Shown: positions 1 through 12,024, numbered from the stretch's first letter. The stretch is DNA of 64,000 nucleotides from Nitrospirota bacterium (GCA_049325335.1 JBMOMC010000002.1:389805-453804), one strand, 5' to 3'. A program made the numbers and translations. The notes: a model not told the origin generated them from the letters alone.

Positions 1-85
1 CGTCCTTGTGCTAAGGTGTCGCCTCTAGTGATCCGTGTCCCGATGGTCGGAGTGTTTCCGTTCTCTGCTCGGAGAGGAGCCCTCC

Positions 86-565
86 ATGATGGCGATCCGC
101 GCCGCATTGGTCCCGATCGATTTCAGCGACGGCTCGTTGGCGGCGCTACAACATGCCGTCGGACACGTCTTGGCGCAACAGGGGACCGTGCATTTGCTCC
201 ACGTCGTTGATCCCGTGGCCGGCGGACTGTGGGCGGGAGACGTGGTCGCCTCGTCCGTGCTGACTCGATTTCAGGATCGCCTCAATCCCTTGGGGGAGCT
301 GGTGACCGCCAGGGGCGTGAAGGTCAAAAAACACGTGGTGGTCGGCTCCATCGCGGATGAAATACTGGCGACGGCGGATCGCTGTCGCGTTGATCTCATC
401 GTGATGGGGACGCACGGGCGATCCGGTTGGGGACATCCCCTGCTCGGCGGCGTCACGGAGCGGGTCGTGCGCCGCTCGGTTTGTCCGGTCTTGACCGTCA
501 AAGAGCGCCGGTCGGCGTCACGCGTTCAATCGCGTTCCGCCGTCGGCGTATCCGCGACTCGGTGA
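86..565 (+). CDS. Universal stress protein (UspA family)
   Basis: LVPIDFS N-terminus, LLHVV and DLIVMGTHGRSG...GGVTERVVRRSVCPVLTV motifs; GGAGAGGAG RBS before ATG 86. Confidence 0.9.
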   Translation: MMAIRAALVPIDFSDGSLAALQHAVGHVLAQQGTVHLLHVVDPVAGGLWAGDVVASSVLTRFQDRLNPLGELVTARGVKVKKHVVVGSIADEILATADRCRVDLIVMGTHGRSGWGHPLLGGVTERVVRRSVCPVLTVKERRSASRVQSRSAVGVSATR

Positions 566-593
566 GTCCGCGCGCCGGGACCTTGTCTGCGGC

Positions 594-1412
594 GTGATTC
601 GCGGCCTCACTGCGTTGGCGACCGCGCTGGTCTCGTGTCTTGCCGCGTCCCCCGCGATTGCGTGGGGCGACAAAGGCCACCGCATCGTCGCCGTGATCGC
701 GGACTCCAGGCTCACCCCCTCGGCTCGGGAGGGGGTGCGAGCGCTGATCGGCCCCGCCACGCTGCGTGACGCGGCTACCTGGGCCGACGACATCCGCCGG
801 CGCCGACCTGAGACCAAACCGTGGCACTACGTGGACATTCCGCTGGATCGAGACGAGTATCTCCCCGCGAAAGACTGCGCGCGTCCTCGATCAGGCGATT
901 GCGTGGTGGCGGCGATCACTCGGTTTCAACGCGTCGTGGCCGACCGGAGCCGGCCGCGCGCGGAACGGGGGGAGGCGCTTCGGTTTCTCACGCATTTTGT
1001 CGCCGACCTCCACCAGCCGCTGCATGCCGCCGACCATCGCGACCGCGGTGGGAACGACGTGAAAGTCGTCTTCTTTGGCGAGGCGCTCCATCCCGCCGGC
1101 CGCACGCCGTGGAACCTCCACACGGTGTGGGACAGCGGGTTGATCGAACGCCGGGGCGTGAGCGTCTCGAAGTACGCGCAGCGCCTGACCAGGCGCATTG
1201 CGCGTCAGTCGGTCGACGAACTCACTGGTGGTTCGGTGGTGGACTGGGCGCTGGAGGCGCATCAGGCCGCGATGGACACGGCCTACCGGTTGCCTCCTGA
1301 TCGGCATTTGGGGGACGACTACGCGGAGAGGGCGCTGCCGGTGATCGACGACATGCTGGCCAAGGCGGGCGCGCGGTTGGCCCAGATGCTCAACGATGCG
1401 TTGTCCCGATGA
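594..1412 (+). CDS. S1/P1 nuclease, secreted
   Basis: Signal peptide followed by WGDKGH; WADDIR, WHYVD, HFVADLHQPLH, NLHTVWD motifs. Confidence 0.92.
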   Translation: MIRGLTALATALVSCLAASPAIAWGDKGHRIVAVIADSRLTPSAREGVRALIGPATLRDAATWADDIRRRRPETKPWHYVDIPLDRDEYLPAKDCARPRSGDCVVAAITRFQRVVADRSRPRAERGEALRFLTHFVADLHQPLHAADHRDRGGNDVKVVFFGEALHPAGRTPWNLHTVWDSGLIERRGVSVSKYAQRLTRRIARQSVDELTGGSVVDWALEAHQAAMDTAYRLPPDRHLGDDYAERALPVIDDMLAKAGARLAQMLNDALSR

Positions 1413-1445
1413 CCGGGCGCCGGATCGTTTGCCGCGCGAGCCGTG

Positions 1446-1703
1446 CTACCAGACCACGACCGAGTCGGCCTCCCAGATCAGGTCCGCCAGCCGGTTATCA
1501 TCGATCAACGGATACGAGGAGTCGATTCCTCTGGCTTGGGCGTCGCGCTCGAGGACGAACGTAGGGCACGTCATGGGCGGCCGGGCGCCGACCGCGTCCT
1601 GGATCAACACGATCGAGCACGCATCGCTGGCCCCGCGCGGGCTGATTAGATCCCACGGATAGGTCGCGTCCGTGCGTTTGACCAGATGGAGTGTGTGAAC
1701 CAT
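1446..1703 (-). CDS. DsrH/TusB-like sulfur relay protein
   Basis: 85 aa, TLHLV start, VLIQDAV, D..ARG, ends VVVW; third gene of a dsrE/F/H-like trio. Confidence 0.7.
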   Translation of the reverse strand: MVHTLHLVKRTDATYPWDLISPRGASDACSIVLIQDAVGARPPMTCPTFVLERDAQARGIDSSYPLIDDNRLADLIWEADSVVVW

Positions 1704-1708
1704 GTGAG

Positions 1709-2062
1709 CTAAAACGCGATGACGCGATCAGCCTGCGCCATCAAGTCAGCGATCGCCGCGGCGTTAACCGGGATCATCCGAAAGTCGCTCTCACCCGCGT
1801 CGCGGCCCTTCAGGGCGTCTTGCTCCACGTAGAACCCCGGCTCCAGGGCCTCGGCCAGAGAGGGGAGGTACTTTTCGACCTCCTCGGCGGAAGCCGAGTC
1901 TTCGGCATCGGGAAACAGGAGTCCGATTGCCGGGCCGCGCAGCACCACCGTCACTGTGTGCGTGCCGCTCCCAAGGCCCAGGGCAATACGAATCGCTTCC
2001 CCGGGCCGTGCGCTGGTCATGGGGTCGCCCGTGACCAGGACCAGGATGCGCCGGCCTGCCAT
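1709..2062 (-). CDS. DsrF/TusC-like (DsrE family) protein
   Basis: EAIRIALGL, ADRVIAF C-terminus; operon context. Confidence 0.7.
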   Translation of the reverse strand: MAGRRILVLVTGDPMTSARPGEAIRIALGLGSGTHTVTVVLRGPAIGLLFPDAEDSASAEEVEKYLPSLAEALEPGFYVEQDALKGRDAGESDFRMIPVNAAAIADLMAQADRVIAF

Positions 2063-2379
2063 CAGTTAAACGCCAAGAACCGATCGCAGCCGGCAATGAT
2101 GTCGGAGAGAACGACCAGGCCGCAGAACGTGGCGCGCTGATCGATCGGCACACCCATCTTTTGCGCGCCGAACGCGCACACGAACAACTTGGCGCCCTGG
2201 CCCGGCAACCGCTGGATGGACGGCAGGTCCAGGCAGCGCGTGCCTTCGTCGATCAGATAAAGATACACGTCGTCTCCGCGTCGCAACGCGGCCTCGGACA
2301 CGCGCGAGACGGTGTCGATATTGGGATGATCCGGCCCCGTGGATAACATCAGGCCGAGTTTGCCGCGGGGAGTCATCAT
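2062..2379 (-). CDS. DsrE/TusD-like sulfur relay protein
   Basis: YLYLIDEG, FVCAFGA (conserved Cys), GLVVLSDII..CDRFLAF. Confidence 0.78.
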   Translation of the reverse strand: MMTPRGKLGLMLSTGPDHPNIDTVSRVSEAALRRGDDVYLYLIDEGTRCLDLPSIQRLPGQGAKLFVCAFGAQKMGVPIDQRATFCGLVVLSDIIAGCDRFLAFN

Positions 2380-2565
2380 GGCGGCGAATGCTAGCACCAT
2401 GGCCAACAGCCAGTCAATCGAGAAGGCGGAGAACCGGGGAAACGACTAAGTGACGAGCGGGAGAGCGGGCGAAAGGGCGAGGAAGGACACGAACAACGAA
2501 CACCCGAGAACACAGAACGATGTTGCCGTTACCGGCGAACCGGCCCACTGCTCGTTGCCGTCTCC

Positions 2566-2595
2566 TTGACAACCGCGGTCTTGAGTCGATATTCT
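2566..2595 (+). promoter_or_regulatory. Putative sigma70 promoter of tRNA-Ala
   Basis: TTGACA-18nt-TATTCT about 60 nt upstream of the tRNA. Confidence 0.45.
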
Positions 2596-2653
2596 CCGCA
2601 CGCACCGTGTGGCACGATCTCCACGCCCACGTGGTGCAACCCGCCGTCGAGAT

Positions 2654-2729
2654 GGGGCTGTAGCGCAGTTGGGAGCGCGTCAGACTGGCAGTCTGAAGGT
2701 CAGGGGTTCGATCCCCCTCAGCTCCACCA
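2654..2729 (+). tRNA. tRNA-Ala (GGC)
   Basis: GGGGCTG...CAGCTCC-A-CCA cloverleaf, G3:U70, anticodon loop CTGGCAG, GGTTCGATCC T-arm. Confidence 0.96.
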
Positions 2730-2840
2730 TCGGGTCCCTTCCAGACGCCTGCACGCGAGCCGGTCGCCCTCTACCAAGGAGCGGTCGCTCCCCATGTTCC
2801 TCATCTTCACCATGACGCGACCGAGGGAGGACGGGAAACG

Positions 2841-3206
2841 ATGACGAACGCGACGAAAGGGGCGCTGCTCTCGGCTCTGGGTTTTCCCGGTCTTGGGCAG
2901 ATCGCGCTCAAACGGTATCAGCGTGGAGTCGTGTGGATGCTGGCAAGCGTGGCCGGCCTGGTGCTGATGGTGGCCACGGCCGCACGGGAGGCCGGAAGAA
3001 TTCTTGAAACGATTGAAGCCGAAGGGGGTGTCGTTGACCAAGACGCGATGTCACGCGCCATTGCCCAGGCCACGGCCTGGTCCGGCAACCTCGACTTGAA
3101 TCTGCTCGTCTTGGCGATCACGCTCTGCTGGATCTACGCCGCGGTTGACGCCTACCGCATCGGCAAACAACAGGATCTGCACCAAACGGGGGGACGCGGG
3201 GACTGA
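2841..3206 (+). CDS. Small membrane protein, unknown function
   Basis: LSALGFPGLGQ motif, hydrophobic helices, W.YAAVDAY; GGAGGA RBS. Confidence 0.75.
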   Translation: MTNATKGALLSALGFPGLGQIALKRYQRGVVWMLASVAGLVLMVATAAREAGRILETIEAEGGVVDQDAMSRAIAQATAWSGNLDLNLLVLAITLCWIYAAVDAYRIGKQQDLHQTGGRGD

Positions 3207-3482
3207 CCCCCCCCCCGTTACCGGGTCTCCGCCGCTGGGGCTCCTTGGTGCTCTTTTGGCTTCAGACGGGTGGCTGCGAGCGCGGAGGATGGAGTGTAGG
3301 TGGTTCGGCCGATCGACGAGACCCAGGAGCAGCTCCGTTCATCACGCGAGCGTCATTCCATGATGGGGCGTTCGTCCCTGCCGTCTGGGTCCTCTGGGTC
3401 CTTGACACCACGACGAAAAATGGATTAGAACACACACTCTGTTGTCGGTTCTCCTGCTCTCTCAAAATCCAACACTAAGTGA

Positions 3483-5723
<2,241 letters not shown>

Positions 5724-5760
5724 CGGGATCAATCGTCGAATCGACGTGTCGTAGACAAAG

Positions 5761-5798
5761 GCCTGAGCCGGAATGTTCCATGCTGGCTCAGGCTTTTT
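5761..5798 (+). terminator. Intrinsic terminator after icd
   Basis: GCCTGAGCC...GGCTCAGGC stem followed by T-tract. Confidence 0.75.
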
Positions 5799-5816
5799 GT
5801 CATCGCCATGTTGTCG

Positions 5817-5996
5817 AGCCCGGATTATTCATGAACCTTCTACTGCAACCGCGGATACGCCGCTGCAACAGGCGGTCTCGCCACTCAGTCGGTCAGCGTA
5901 CCGCAGAGAGTACGTCTCCCTCCTTCGCGGCTCCGAGCGCCTATTTCGCTGGCGTCTGCGCGGTTTCGCGACGAACGTTCATGAATAATCCGGGCT
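5817..5996. repeat. MITE-like element with 20-bp terminal inverted repeats
   Basis: AGCCCGGATTATTCATGAAC ... GTTCATGAATAATCCGGGCT perfect TIR, non-coding interior. Confidence 0.7.
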
Positions 5997-6018
5997 AGGG
6001 AAATTCTTCCGGAGTGCC

Positions 6019-6786
6019 ATGTTCATTGACACCCACACACACGTTCACGGCGCTGAATTCGACGCTGACCGCGATCCGACGCTGACGCGCGCGCGCGCCG
6101 CGGGTGTCGATGTCTGCCTGGCGATCGGAACCGACGTGGCGGATAGCCGGCGGGCGGTGGCGCTGGCCGCTTCGCGGCCGGACGTATTCGCGTCGGTGGG
6201 GGTCCATCCGCACGAGACCTCGGGATTAACCGAGCACGGCCTGGAGGAGTTGGCTCGCCTGGCCGCGGGCGAGCGGGTGGCGGCGTTCGGCGAGGTGGGG
6301 TTGGACTATTACTACGAACATTCGCCGCCGGACGTGCAGCGGCAGCGGTTCGCGGATCAAATTGATCTTGCCGCAACGCGCGGCCTCCCATTGGTCATTC
6401 ATACGCGCGACGCATGGGACGACACGTTTCGGATCCTGGACGAACGTCCGCATCACGGCGGCGTGTTTCATTGTTTTACCGGGACGCGCGACCACGCGGA
6501 GCAGGCGATCCGCCGAGGATTTTTCGTGTCGTTCTCCGGGATCGTGACGTTCAACAAGGCCCAGGATCTCCAGACCGTGGCTCGCGAGGCGCCGCTCGAT
6601 CGCGTGTTGATCGAAACGGATTGCCCGTTTTTGTCGCCGGTCCCGTACCGCGGTAAGCGCAACGAGCCCGCGTTCGTCGCGCTCGTGGCCAAGAAAATTG
6701 CTGAGTTGCGCGGCCTGTCGGTGGAGGAGATGGCGCGCGCTTCGAGCGAGAATGCCCGCCGCTGTTTTCCCCGCATCACTCGCTGA
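6019..6786 (+). CDS. tatD: TatD family DNase
   Basis: DTHTH, GVHPH, GEVGLDY, IHTR, FHCF, IETDCP, GKRNEP. Confidence 0.95.
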   Translation: MFIDTHTHVHGAEFDADRDPTLTRARAAGVDVCLAIGTDVADSRRAVALAASRPDVFASVGVHPHETSGLTEHGLEELARLAAGERVAAFGEVGLDYYYEHSPPDVQRQRFADQIDLAATRGLPLVIHTRDAWDDTFRILDERPHHGGVFHCFTGTRDHAEQAIRRGFFVSFSGIVTFNKAQDLQTVAREAPLDRVLIETDCPFLSPVPYRGKRNEPAFVALVAKKIAELRGLSVEEMARASSENARRCFPRITR

Positions 6787-6895
6787 TCCACGTCGACCCG
6801 CGTTTTTGACACTCCATCCGTCGGGTGCTACCGTTCATGCGTCTATCTGATTGAAGTTTCAGTGTAATTTTTGAGTTCGGAGCACAAGACGTACC

Positions 6896-7462
6896 ATGAC
6901 GATCACTTGCGAAGCGTGCCGGACCATCTTTGACGCGCCCGAAGGATTCTCAGTCACCGCCTCCTGTCCGTGTTGTGAACATGTGAACCGTCCACGCGGC
7001 CGCGTGGAATCCGTCGAACCCATGCCCATGCCGTCGGAGAACACCGGAGATCAGGAGGATGCGCCGGTCAAGACCATGGTGTTCCCGGCCGACGGCGACG
7101 TCAGCGATACGGGCGTGACCGACGTGAAACGACTCCGCGCCGGAGCCACCCCCGGATTAGGCGCGAGGGTCGTGCGCCTCACGATCGTTGAGGCGGGGCA
7201 ACCGCCTCGCGACTACCGCCTCGAAAAACCCCGCGTGATTCTGGGACGGGGCAGGTGTGATGTCCAGCTTCGAGATCCCGAGGTCTCACGACAACACTGC
7301 GCGATCGAGGTGTACGACGGCGTGCCGATGGTCAAGGACTTACAGAGCGCGAACGGCACGTTGCTCAACGGGCATTTGGTCACCGAACACGTGCTCAAGC
7401 ACGGAGATCACGTCAAACTCGGCACCACCGAGGTCACGGTTTCACTCGCCAACGCCGCGTGA
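6896..7462 (+). CDS. Zinc-ribbon plus FHA domain protein
   Basis: CEAC...CPCC N-terminus; FHA motifs LGRG, VSRQHC, DLQSANGTLLNG. Confidence 0.85.
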   Translation: MTITCEACRTIFDAPEGFSVTASCPCCEHVNRPRGRVESVEPMPMPSENTGDQEDAPVKTMVFPADGDVSDTGVTDVKRLRAGATPGLGARVVRLTIVEAGQPPRDYRLEKPRVILGRGRCDVQLRDPEVSRQHCAIEVYDGVPMVKDLQSANGTLLNGHLVTEHVLKHGDHVKLGTTEVTVSLANAA

Positions 7463-7565
7463 TCCGCCGCGCTTGCTCACGGCCGCGGCGCTCCCGTATG
7501 ATGACGGCATGTCCATCGCCGCGTATCCGGCGCGCCAATCCGTGAACGGGTCACGGGGGTAGACG

Positions 7566-9269
7566 ATCTCCCTCGTTTCCGGCAATCTGTCCGGGCTCAA
7601 GCCCTCCCAGATCAAACGACTGCATGGCCTCGCCAAACGGCGCGTGTCGCCTGATCTGCTCGTCAGTCCCGAATTAGCCAAGAGTCTGCTGGAATCAACG
7701 GCTGATATGGGCCGCCAGGTCGGCGTGCTGCTCAGTCGCGGCGGCGCGGTCGAAGCGGTGATGGTGGGCACCGACCGCGAGATCATCGTCCCTGACTTGT
7801 CGGACTGGCGCCTCGGCCGCAAGCGGCTGCGGGGCCTTCGTCTGGTCCACACGCACGTGGGCGACGATACGTTGACGCAGGACGACTTGGCCGACTTGTC
7901 ATTGTTGCGTTTTGACGCGATGGTGGCGCTCGCCGAGCGCGCTCCGGGCGCCCCGCCCACGTGTTCGTGGGCGCACCTGCTGCCGCCGAATCCGGACAAT
8001 CGGGTGTACGAGATCCATCCGTCGCAGCCGCTGGCCCGCGCCCCCGCGGATCTGCGCGCGTTTCTGACCTCGCTGGACGCCCAACTGGCGGGCGCGGCCG
8101 GGTTGTACGACGTGCGCGATACCCGTGAGCGCGCGATTCTGGTCAGCGCGTCCACGCGTTCGCGCGGGGACCAGGAGGACGTGTTGACCGAGTTGCGCGA
8201 ACTGGCGCGTTCGGCCGGGCTCCTGGTGCTCGATGAGGTGGTCCAGCGCCCGAACGCGGTCAACCCCAGGTTCCTGCTCGGCAAAGGCAAATTGCGCGAG
8301 GTGGTCATCAAGGCGTTGCAGTACGGCGCGGACCTGCTGGTCTTTGCGCAGGACCTCACGCCGTTGCAGGTCAAAGCCATCGGGGAGTTGACCGAGATAC
8401 GCGTGATCGATCGCACGCAATTGATCTTGGATATTTTTGCTCGTCGGGCCCACTCGCGCGACGGACGCGTGCAGGTGGAACTCGCTCAGCTCAAATATCG
8501 CCTGCCGCGTCTGGCCGAGCGCAGCACCGCCTTGTCCCGGCTCACCGGCGGCATCGGCGGCCGCGGACCGGGCGAGACCCGATTGGAAGTGGATCGCCGC
8601 CGCGTGCGCGATCGGATCGCGCAGTTGGAGAAGGAACTCGACGCGCTCGGCCGCGCCCGGTCGCAGCGCCGAGGCCGGCGCGAGTCCGCGTGCATCCCGA
8701 TCGTGTCAATCGTCGGGTACACCAACGCGGGCAAGTCCACATTGCTCAACGCGCTCACCAAGAGCGACGTGTTCACGGAAAATCTCCTCTTCGCCACGCT
8801 GGACACCACTACGCGCCGACTGCGCACGCCACGCGAGCGGGACATCATCATCACCGACACCGTCGGCTTCATCCAATCGCTTCCCAAGGATCTGTTGGGC
8901 GCGTTTCGTCCCACCCTGGACGAACTCAAAGACGCGGACCTCTTGCTCCACGTGGTGGACGCATCGCACCCGCTCGTGGACGTGCATATCGAAGCCGTGG
9001 AGTCGATCCTGGAAGGCCTGGGCGTGGCGAACCTCCCGACGCTCTACGTGTTCAACAAGACGGACCAGGCCGATCCCGAGGTGACGCGCGGGTTGCTGGC
9101 GCGCTACGGCGGGGTCGCAATCTCCGCCCGCGACCCCGCGACGTTGGGCCCGTTGGTGGAGGAGCTGGACCACAGGATTCCCGGGCCGGCCGATCGAGAT
9201 GACTCGACGGAAGATGTCCCCGATGCCCACACCAACCCTGGGCTCGACCTGCTGCCTTCGAGGGATTGA
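7566..9269 (+). CDS. hflX: GTPase HflX (long form; probable ATC start at 7566, first canonical start GTG 7644)
   Basis: GYTNAGKS, LFATLD, DTVGF, NKTD, GPGET; N-terminal GNLSGLKPSQIKRL is in frame upstream of 7644. Confidence 0.93.
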   Translation: MSLVSGNLSGLKPSQIKRLHGLAKRRVSPDLLVSPELAKSLLESTADMGRQVGVLLSRGGAVEAVMVGTDREIIVPDLSDWRLGRKRLRGLRLVHTHVGDDTLTQDDLADLSLLRFDAMVALAERAPGAPPTCSWAHLLPPNPDNRVYEIHPSQPLARAPADLRAFLTSLDAQLAGAAGLYDVRDTRERAILVSASTRSRGDQEDVLTELRELARSAGLLVLDEVVQRPNAVNPRFLLGKGKLREVVIKALQYGADLLVFAQDLTPLQVKAIGELTEIRVIDRTQLILDIFARRAHSRDGRVQVELAQLKYRLPRLAERSTALSRLTGGIGGRGPGETRLEVDRRRVRDRIAQLEKELDALGRARSQRRGRRESACIPIVSIVGYTNAGKSTLLNALTKSDVFTENLLFATLDTTTRRLRTPRERDIIITDTVGFIQSLPKDLLGAFRPTLDELKDADLLLHVVDASHPLVDVHIEAVESILEGLGVANLPTLYVFNKTDQADPEVTRGLLARYGGVAISARDPATLGPLVEELDHRIPGPADRDDSTEDVPDAHTNPGLDLLPSRD

Positions 9270-9313
9270 GTTGTCATAGGGCTCGTCAGCGTCACGTCAG
9301 CGTCAGCGCGTCA

Positions 9314-10380
9314 GGGACGTTCTTTTAAGATTTAAACTCTTTACGCAGTGAGCGACTACATGGTATAGGAGGGGCCATGCCGCGATGCGCTCGACTCGAC
9401 GCTCCGGGATTGCTGCACCACGTAATTGCGCGGGGAATCGAGCGACGTGTCATCTTTAGTGATGACGGCGACCGGGCGAATTTCCTCCAGCGGTTGGCCC
9501 GCCTTCTCCCGGAGACGGGGACGACGTGCCTGGCGTGGTGCTTGTTATCGAATCATCTGCATCTGCTCGTTCGCTCGGGGCCGGATGGGTTGGCGTGGTT
9601 CATGCGACGGGTGCTCACGGGCTACGCGGTGTACTTCAATCGTCGATATGACCGGGCCGGACACCTGTTCCAGAATCGCTACCATTCCACGGTGTGTGAG
9701 GCCGAATCCTACCTGCTTGAGCTGGTTCGATACATCCACCTCAATCCCGTCCGGGCTGGGCTGGTCCCTGACATCCAGGCGTTGCGGCAGTATCCCGGGT
9801 GCGGGCACTCCGCCGTGATGGGAGTAATCCCGCGTTCCTGGCACGCCACCGACGAAGTGCTGGCGCAATTCGGCGCCAACGCGAAGATGGCCCGTCAACG
9901 ATATGAGGCCTTCCTACAAGACGGTCTCGAACGGGGAGACCTCGCGGCGCGCATCGACGAGTCTGGTACCGAACCCGAAATGAAGGGGACGCGCGATGCC
10001 GATGGGCCGGACCGAAGAATGAGTCAGGTGCTGGGACGTCCGGAATTCGTGGAAAGCGTGAGCAGGCGATCAAACGCGGCGGTCGCCGGTCGGCGCAAGA
10101 GCGGCCGAGCGCTTTTGCGGGAGGTTTGTCGGGTGTTGAATCTCGCCCCGGATGAGCTGCGGTCGGGGCGCCAGGAGCGGAGCCTGGCAAACGGGCGGGC
10201 GATCGTGGCCTATCTGGGCCGTAGTCGTTATCGACTGACGGGCGTGGAACTATCGGACGTGTTGGGATTGAGTCAGCCGGCGGTGAGCCTGGCGGCCCAG
10301 CGCGGGCAGCGCCTGTTGGCGGGGAACGCGGCTTTCCGCGAAGCGCTGGATGAGATATAAAATCTTTAAAGAACGTCCCC
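9314..10380 (+). mobile_element. RAYT-like element: Y1/HUH transposase bounded by about 20-bp inverted repeats
   Basis: GGGACGTTCTTTTAAGATTT (9314-9333) and AAATCTTTAAAGAACGTCCC (10360-10379), one mismatch; short tandem duplications outside both ends. Confidence 0.8.
9377..10360 (+). CDS. REP-associated tyrosine transposase-like protein (Y1_Tnp) with C-terminal HTH
   Basis: MPR.ARLDAPG..HHVIARG, HUH motif NHLHLL, GHLFQNRY, catalytic RYIHLNPVRAG, C-terminal LGLSQPAVS HTH. Confidence 0.9.
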   Translation: MPRCARLDAPGLLHHVIARGIERRVIFSDDGDRANFLQRLARLLPETGTTCLAWCLLSNHLHLLVRSGPDGLAWFMRRVLTGYAVYFNRRYDRAGHLFQNRYHSTVCEAESYLLELVRYIHLNPVRAGLVPDIQALRQYPGCGHSAVMGVIPRSWHATDEVLAQFGANAKMARQRYEAFLQDGLERGDLAARIDESGTEPEMKGTRDADGPDRRMSQVLGRPEFVESVSRRSNAAVAGRRKSGRALLREVCRVLNLAPDELRSGRQERSLANGRAIVAYLGRSRYRLTGVELSDVLGLSQPAVSLAAQRGQRLLAGNAAFREALDEI

Positions 10381-10645
10381 TGGTTTGTCACTGGTTTGTC
10401 ACGCGGACATCGACCTTCAGCCCGGCGTGCGCGAGCATTGTGATGAGCGCGTCCGCATGCAGGTGGGGTCAAATCTTTAATCTTTAGGCAAGAGGTGAGT
10501 ACGAGCCGAGCGGGTTTTGTCTTGTACCCGTCACTCGCGCGCATGGGCGGTGTGGAAACGCTGCAACAATGAGTTCAGAGCAGGAAGGGCCTCTTTCCTC
10601 GCCGCGCGTTGATCTTCCTCGCTGAGCTCCCTATAATGCCCCGCC

Positions 10646-11392
10646 GTGGCGCGCGTATCCGCTGATCGTCCTGCCAAACCCGCTGATCGACGTCGGGTCG
10701 GGCGCATTCTAGACCGGCTCGACGGGGTGTTTGCCGGGCGCGGGATTGAGTTGTCCGCGGCTTCGCCGTGGGAATTGTTGGTTGCCACGATCCTCTCGGC
10801 GCAGTGTACGGATCAACGGGTCAACCAGGTCACGCCTGGGCTCTTCAAGCGGTTCCGAACTCCCGTAGACTTTGCCTCAGCTGACCGCGAGGAATTGGAG
10901 CGCCTGATCAAGTCGACTGGATTCTTCCGGGCCAAGGCACAGAGCCTCACCAAATGCGGCCGCGAGCTGGTGGAACGGTTCGGCGGGGAAGTGCCCCGGA
11001 CCATGGACGACCTGGTGACGTTGCCTGGCGTGGGGCGCAAGACCGCCAACGTCATCCTCGGCGCGGCGTTCGGGCAGCCCTCGGTCGTTGTTGATACGCA
11101 CGTGAAGCGCGTGGCCAATCGTCTGGGGCTGTCCAAATCCGACGACCCGGTCAAGATTGAATTCGACCTGCGGCGGACGATTCCGGAAGCGTCCTGGACG
11201 TTGGGCTCGCAGCATCTGTTATTGCACGGTCGATATGTGTGCGTGGCGCGGCGTCCGCGCTGCGAGCAGTGCGCGCTCTATGACTTGTGCGCGTCGCGCG
11301 ACAAACGGCCGCGCCCAGAAGACACTGTGGCACCAAAGGTCGCGCGTCAACGCGCGAGGCGGACCGGCGCGGCGCGGAGTGCCACCAAATGA
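10646..11392 (+). CDS. nth: Endonuclease III
   Basis: LVATILSAQCTD, LPGVGRKTANV, VDTHV, C..RRPRC..C.L..LC Fe-S motif. Confidence 0.95.
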   Translation: MARVSADRPAKPADRRRVGRILDRLDGVFAGRGIELSAASPWELLVATILSAQCTDQRVNQVTPGLFKRFRTPVDFASADREELERLIKSTGFFRAKAQSLTKCGRELVERFGGEVPRTMDDLVTLPGVGRKTANVILGAAFGQPSVVVDTHVKRVANRLGLSKSDDPVKIEFDLRRTIPEASWTLGSQHLLLHGRYVCVARRPRCEQCALYDLCASRDKRPRPEDTVAPKVARQRARRTGAARSATK

Positions 11393-12024
11393 CCACGCCG
11401 CGTTCGTCTGATCAGGCCGTGGGCGCGACCCTGTGCGAGTTCCTCCGGCTGTTTTATGACAAGGGCTGGGTCGCGGGGACCGGCGGTGGCATTTGCGGGG
11501 CGCTGGGGGACGGGACCATGCTGATGGCGCCCACCGGGGTGCATAAGGAGCGTGTGACAATCGACGATCTGTTTCGCGTGGATCGCCAGGCGAACGTGCT
11601 GTCGCCACCCAAGACCCCCGGCCTGCGGTTGACCGAGTGCAGCACGATTTTCTGCACGATCGCTGAGCAGCGCAAGGCTGGCTCGGTGATGCACAGCCAC
11701 GGGTTATCCGCAGTCCTGGCCGCGGATCTGGCCCAAGGCGGCGATCGCGTGATGATTCGCGATCTGGAGATGCTCAAGGGCATTCGCGGATGCACCAACT
11801 CGGATGTGCATGCGGTGCCGGTGGTAGACAACACCGCGCGCGAGCCGGAGTTGGTCGCGGGGATTCGTCGCGCGCTCGATGCGTCGGAGTTTGCGCGCGT
11901 CGCGTGCGTGTTGGTCCGCCACCATGGCGCCTATATCTGGGGCGAGGATCTCTGGGAGGTCAAGCGGCACGCCGAGGTGTACCACTTCTTGTTTGAGGCC
12001 GTTGTTGCCCGCGCTGCGCGTTGA
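11389..12024 (+). CDS. mtnB: Methylthioribulose-1-phosphate dehydratase
   Basis: FY.KGW..GTGGGI, APTGVHKER, HSH, LVRHHG.YIWG; ATGA overlap with nth. Confidence 0.85.
   Translation: MTTPRSSDQAVGATLCEFLRLFYDKGWVAGTGGGICGALGDGTMLMAPTGVHKERVTIDDLFRVDRQANVLSPPKTPGLRLTECSTIFCTIAEQRKAGSVMHSHGLSAVLAADLAQGGDRVMIRDLEMLKGIRGCTNSDVHAVPVVDNTAREPELVAGIRRALDASEFARVACVLVRHHGAYIWGEDLWEVKRHAEVYHFLFEAVVARAAR

Noticed and set aside
2420..2520. Purine-rich stretch with loose 7-nt periodicity (ACGAACA-like)
   Set aside because: Too degenerate to define a repeat unit or function.
3205..3401. C-run after the 2841 gene and TCTGGGTCC x2
   Set aside because: Intergenic, no adjacent arm sequence, and no evidence of a functional role.
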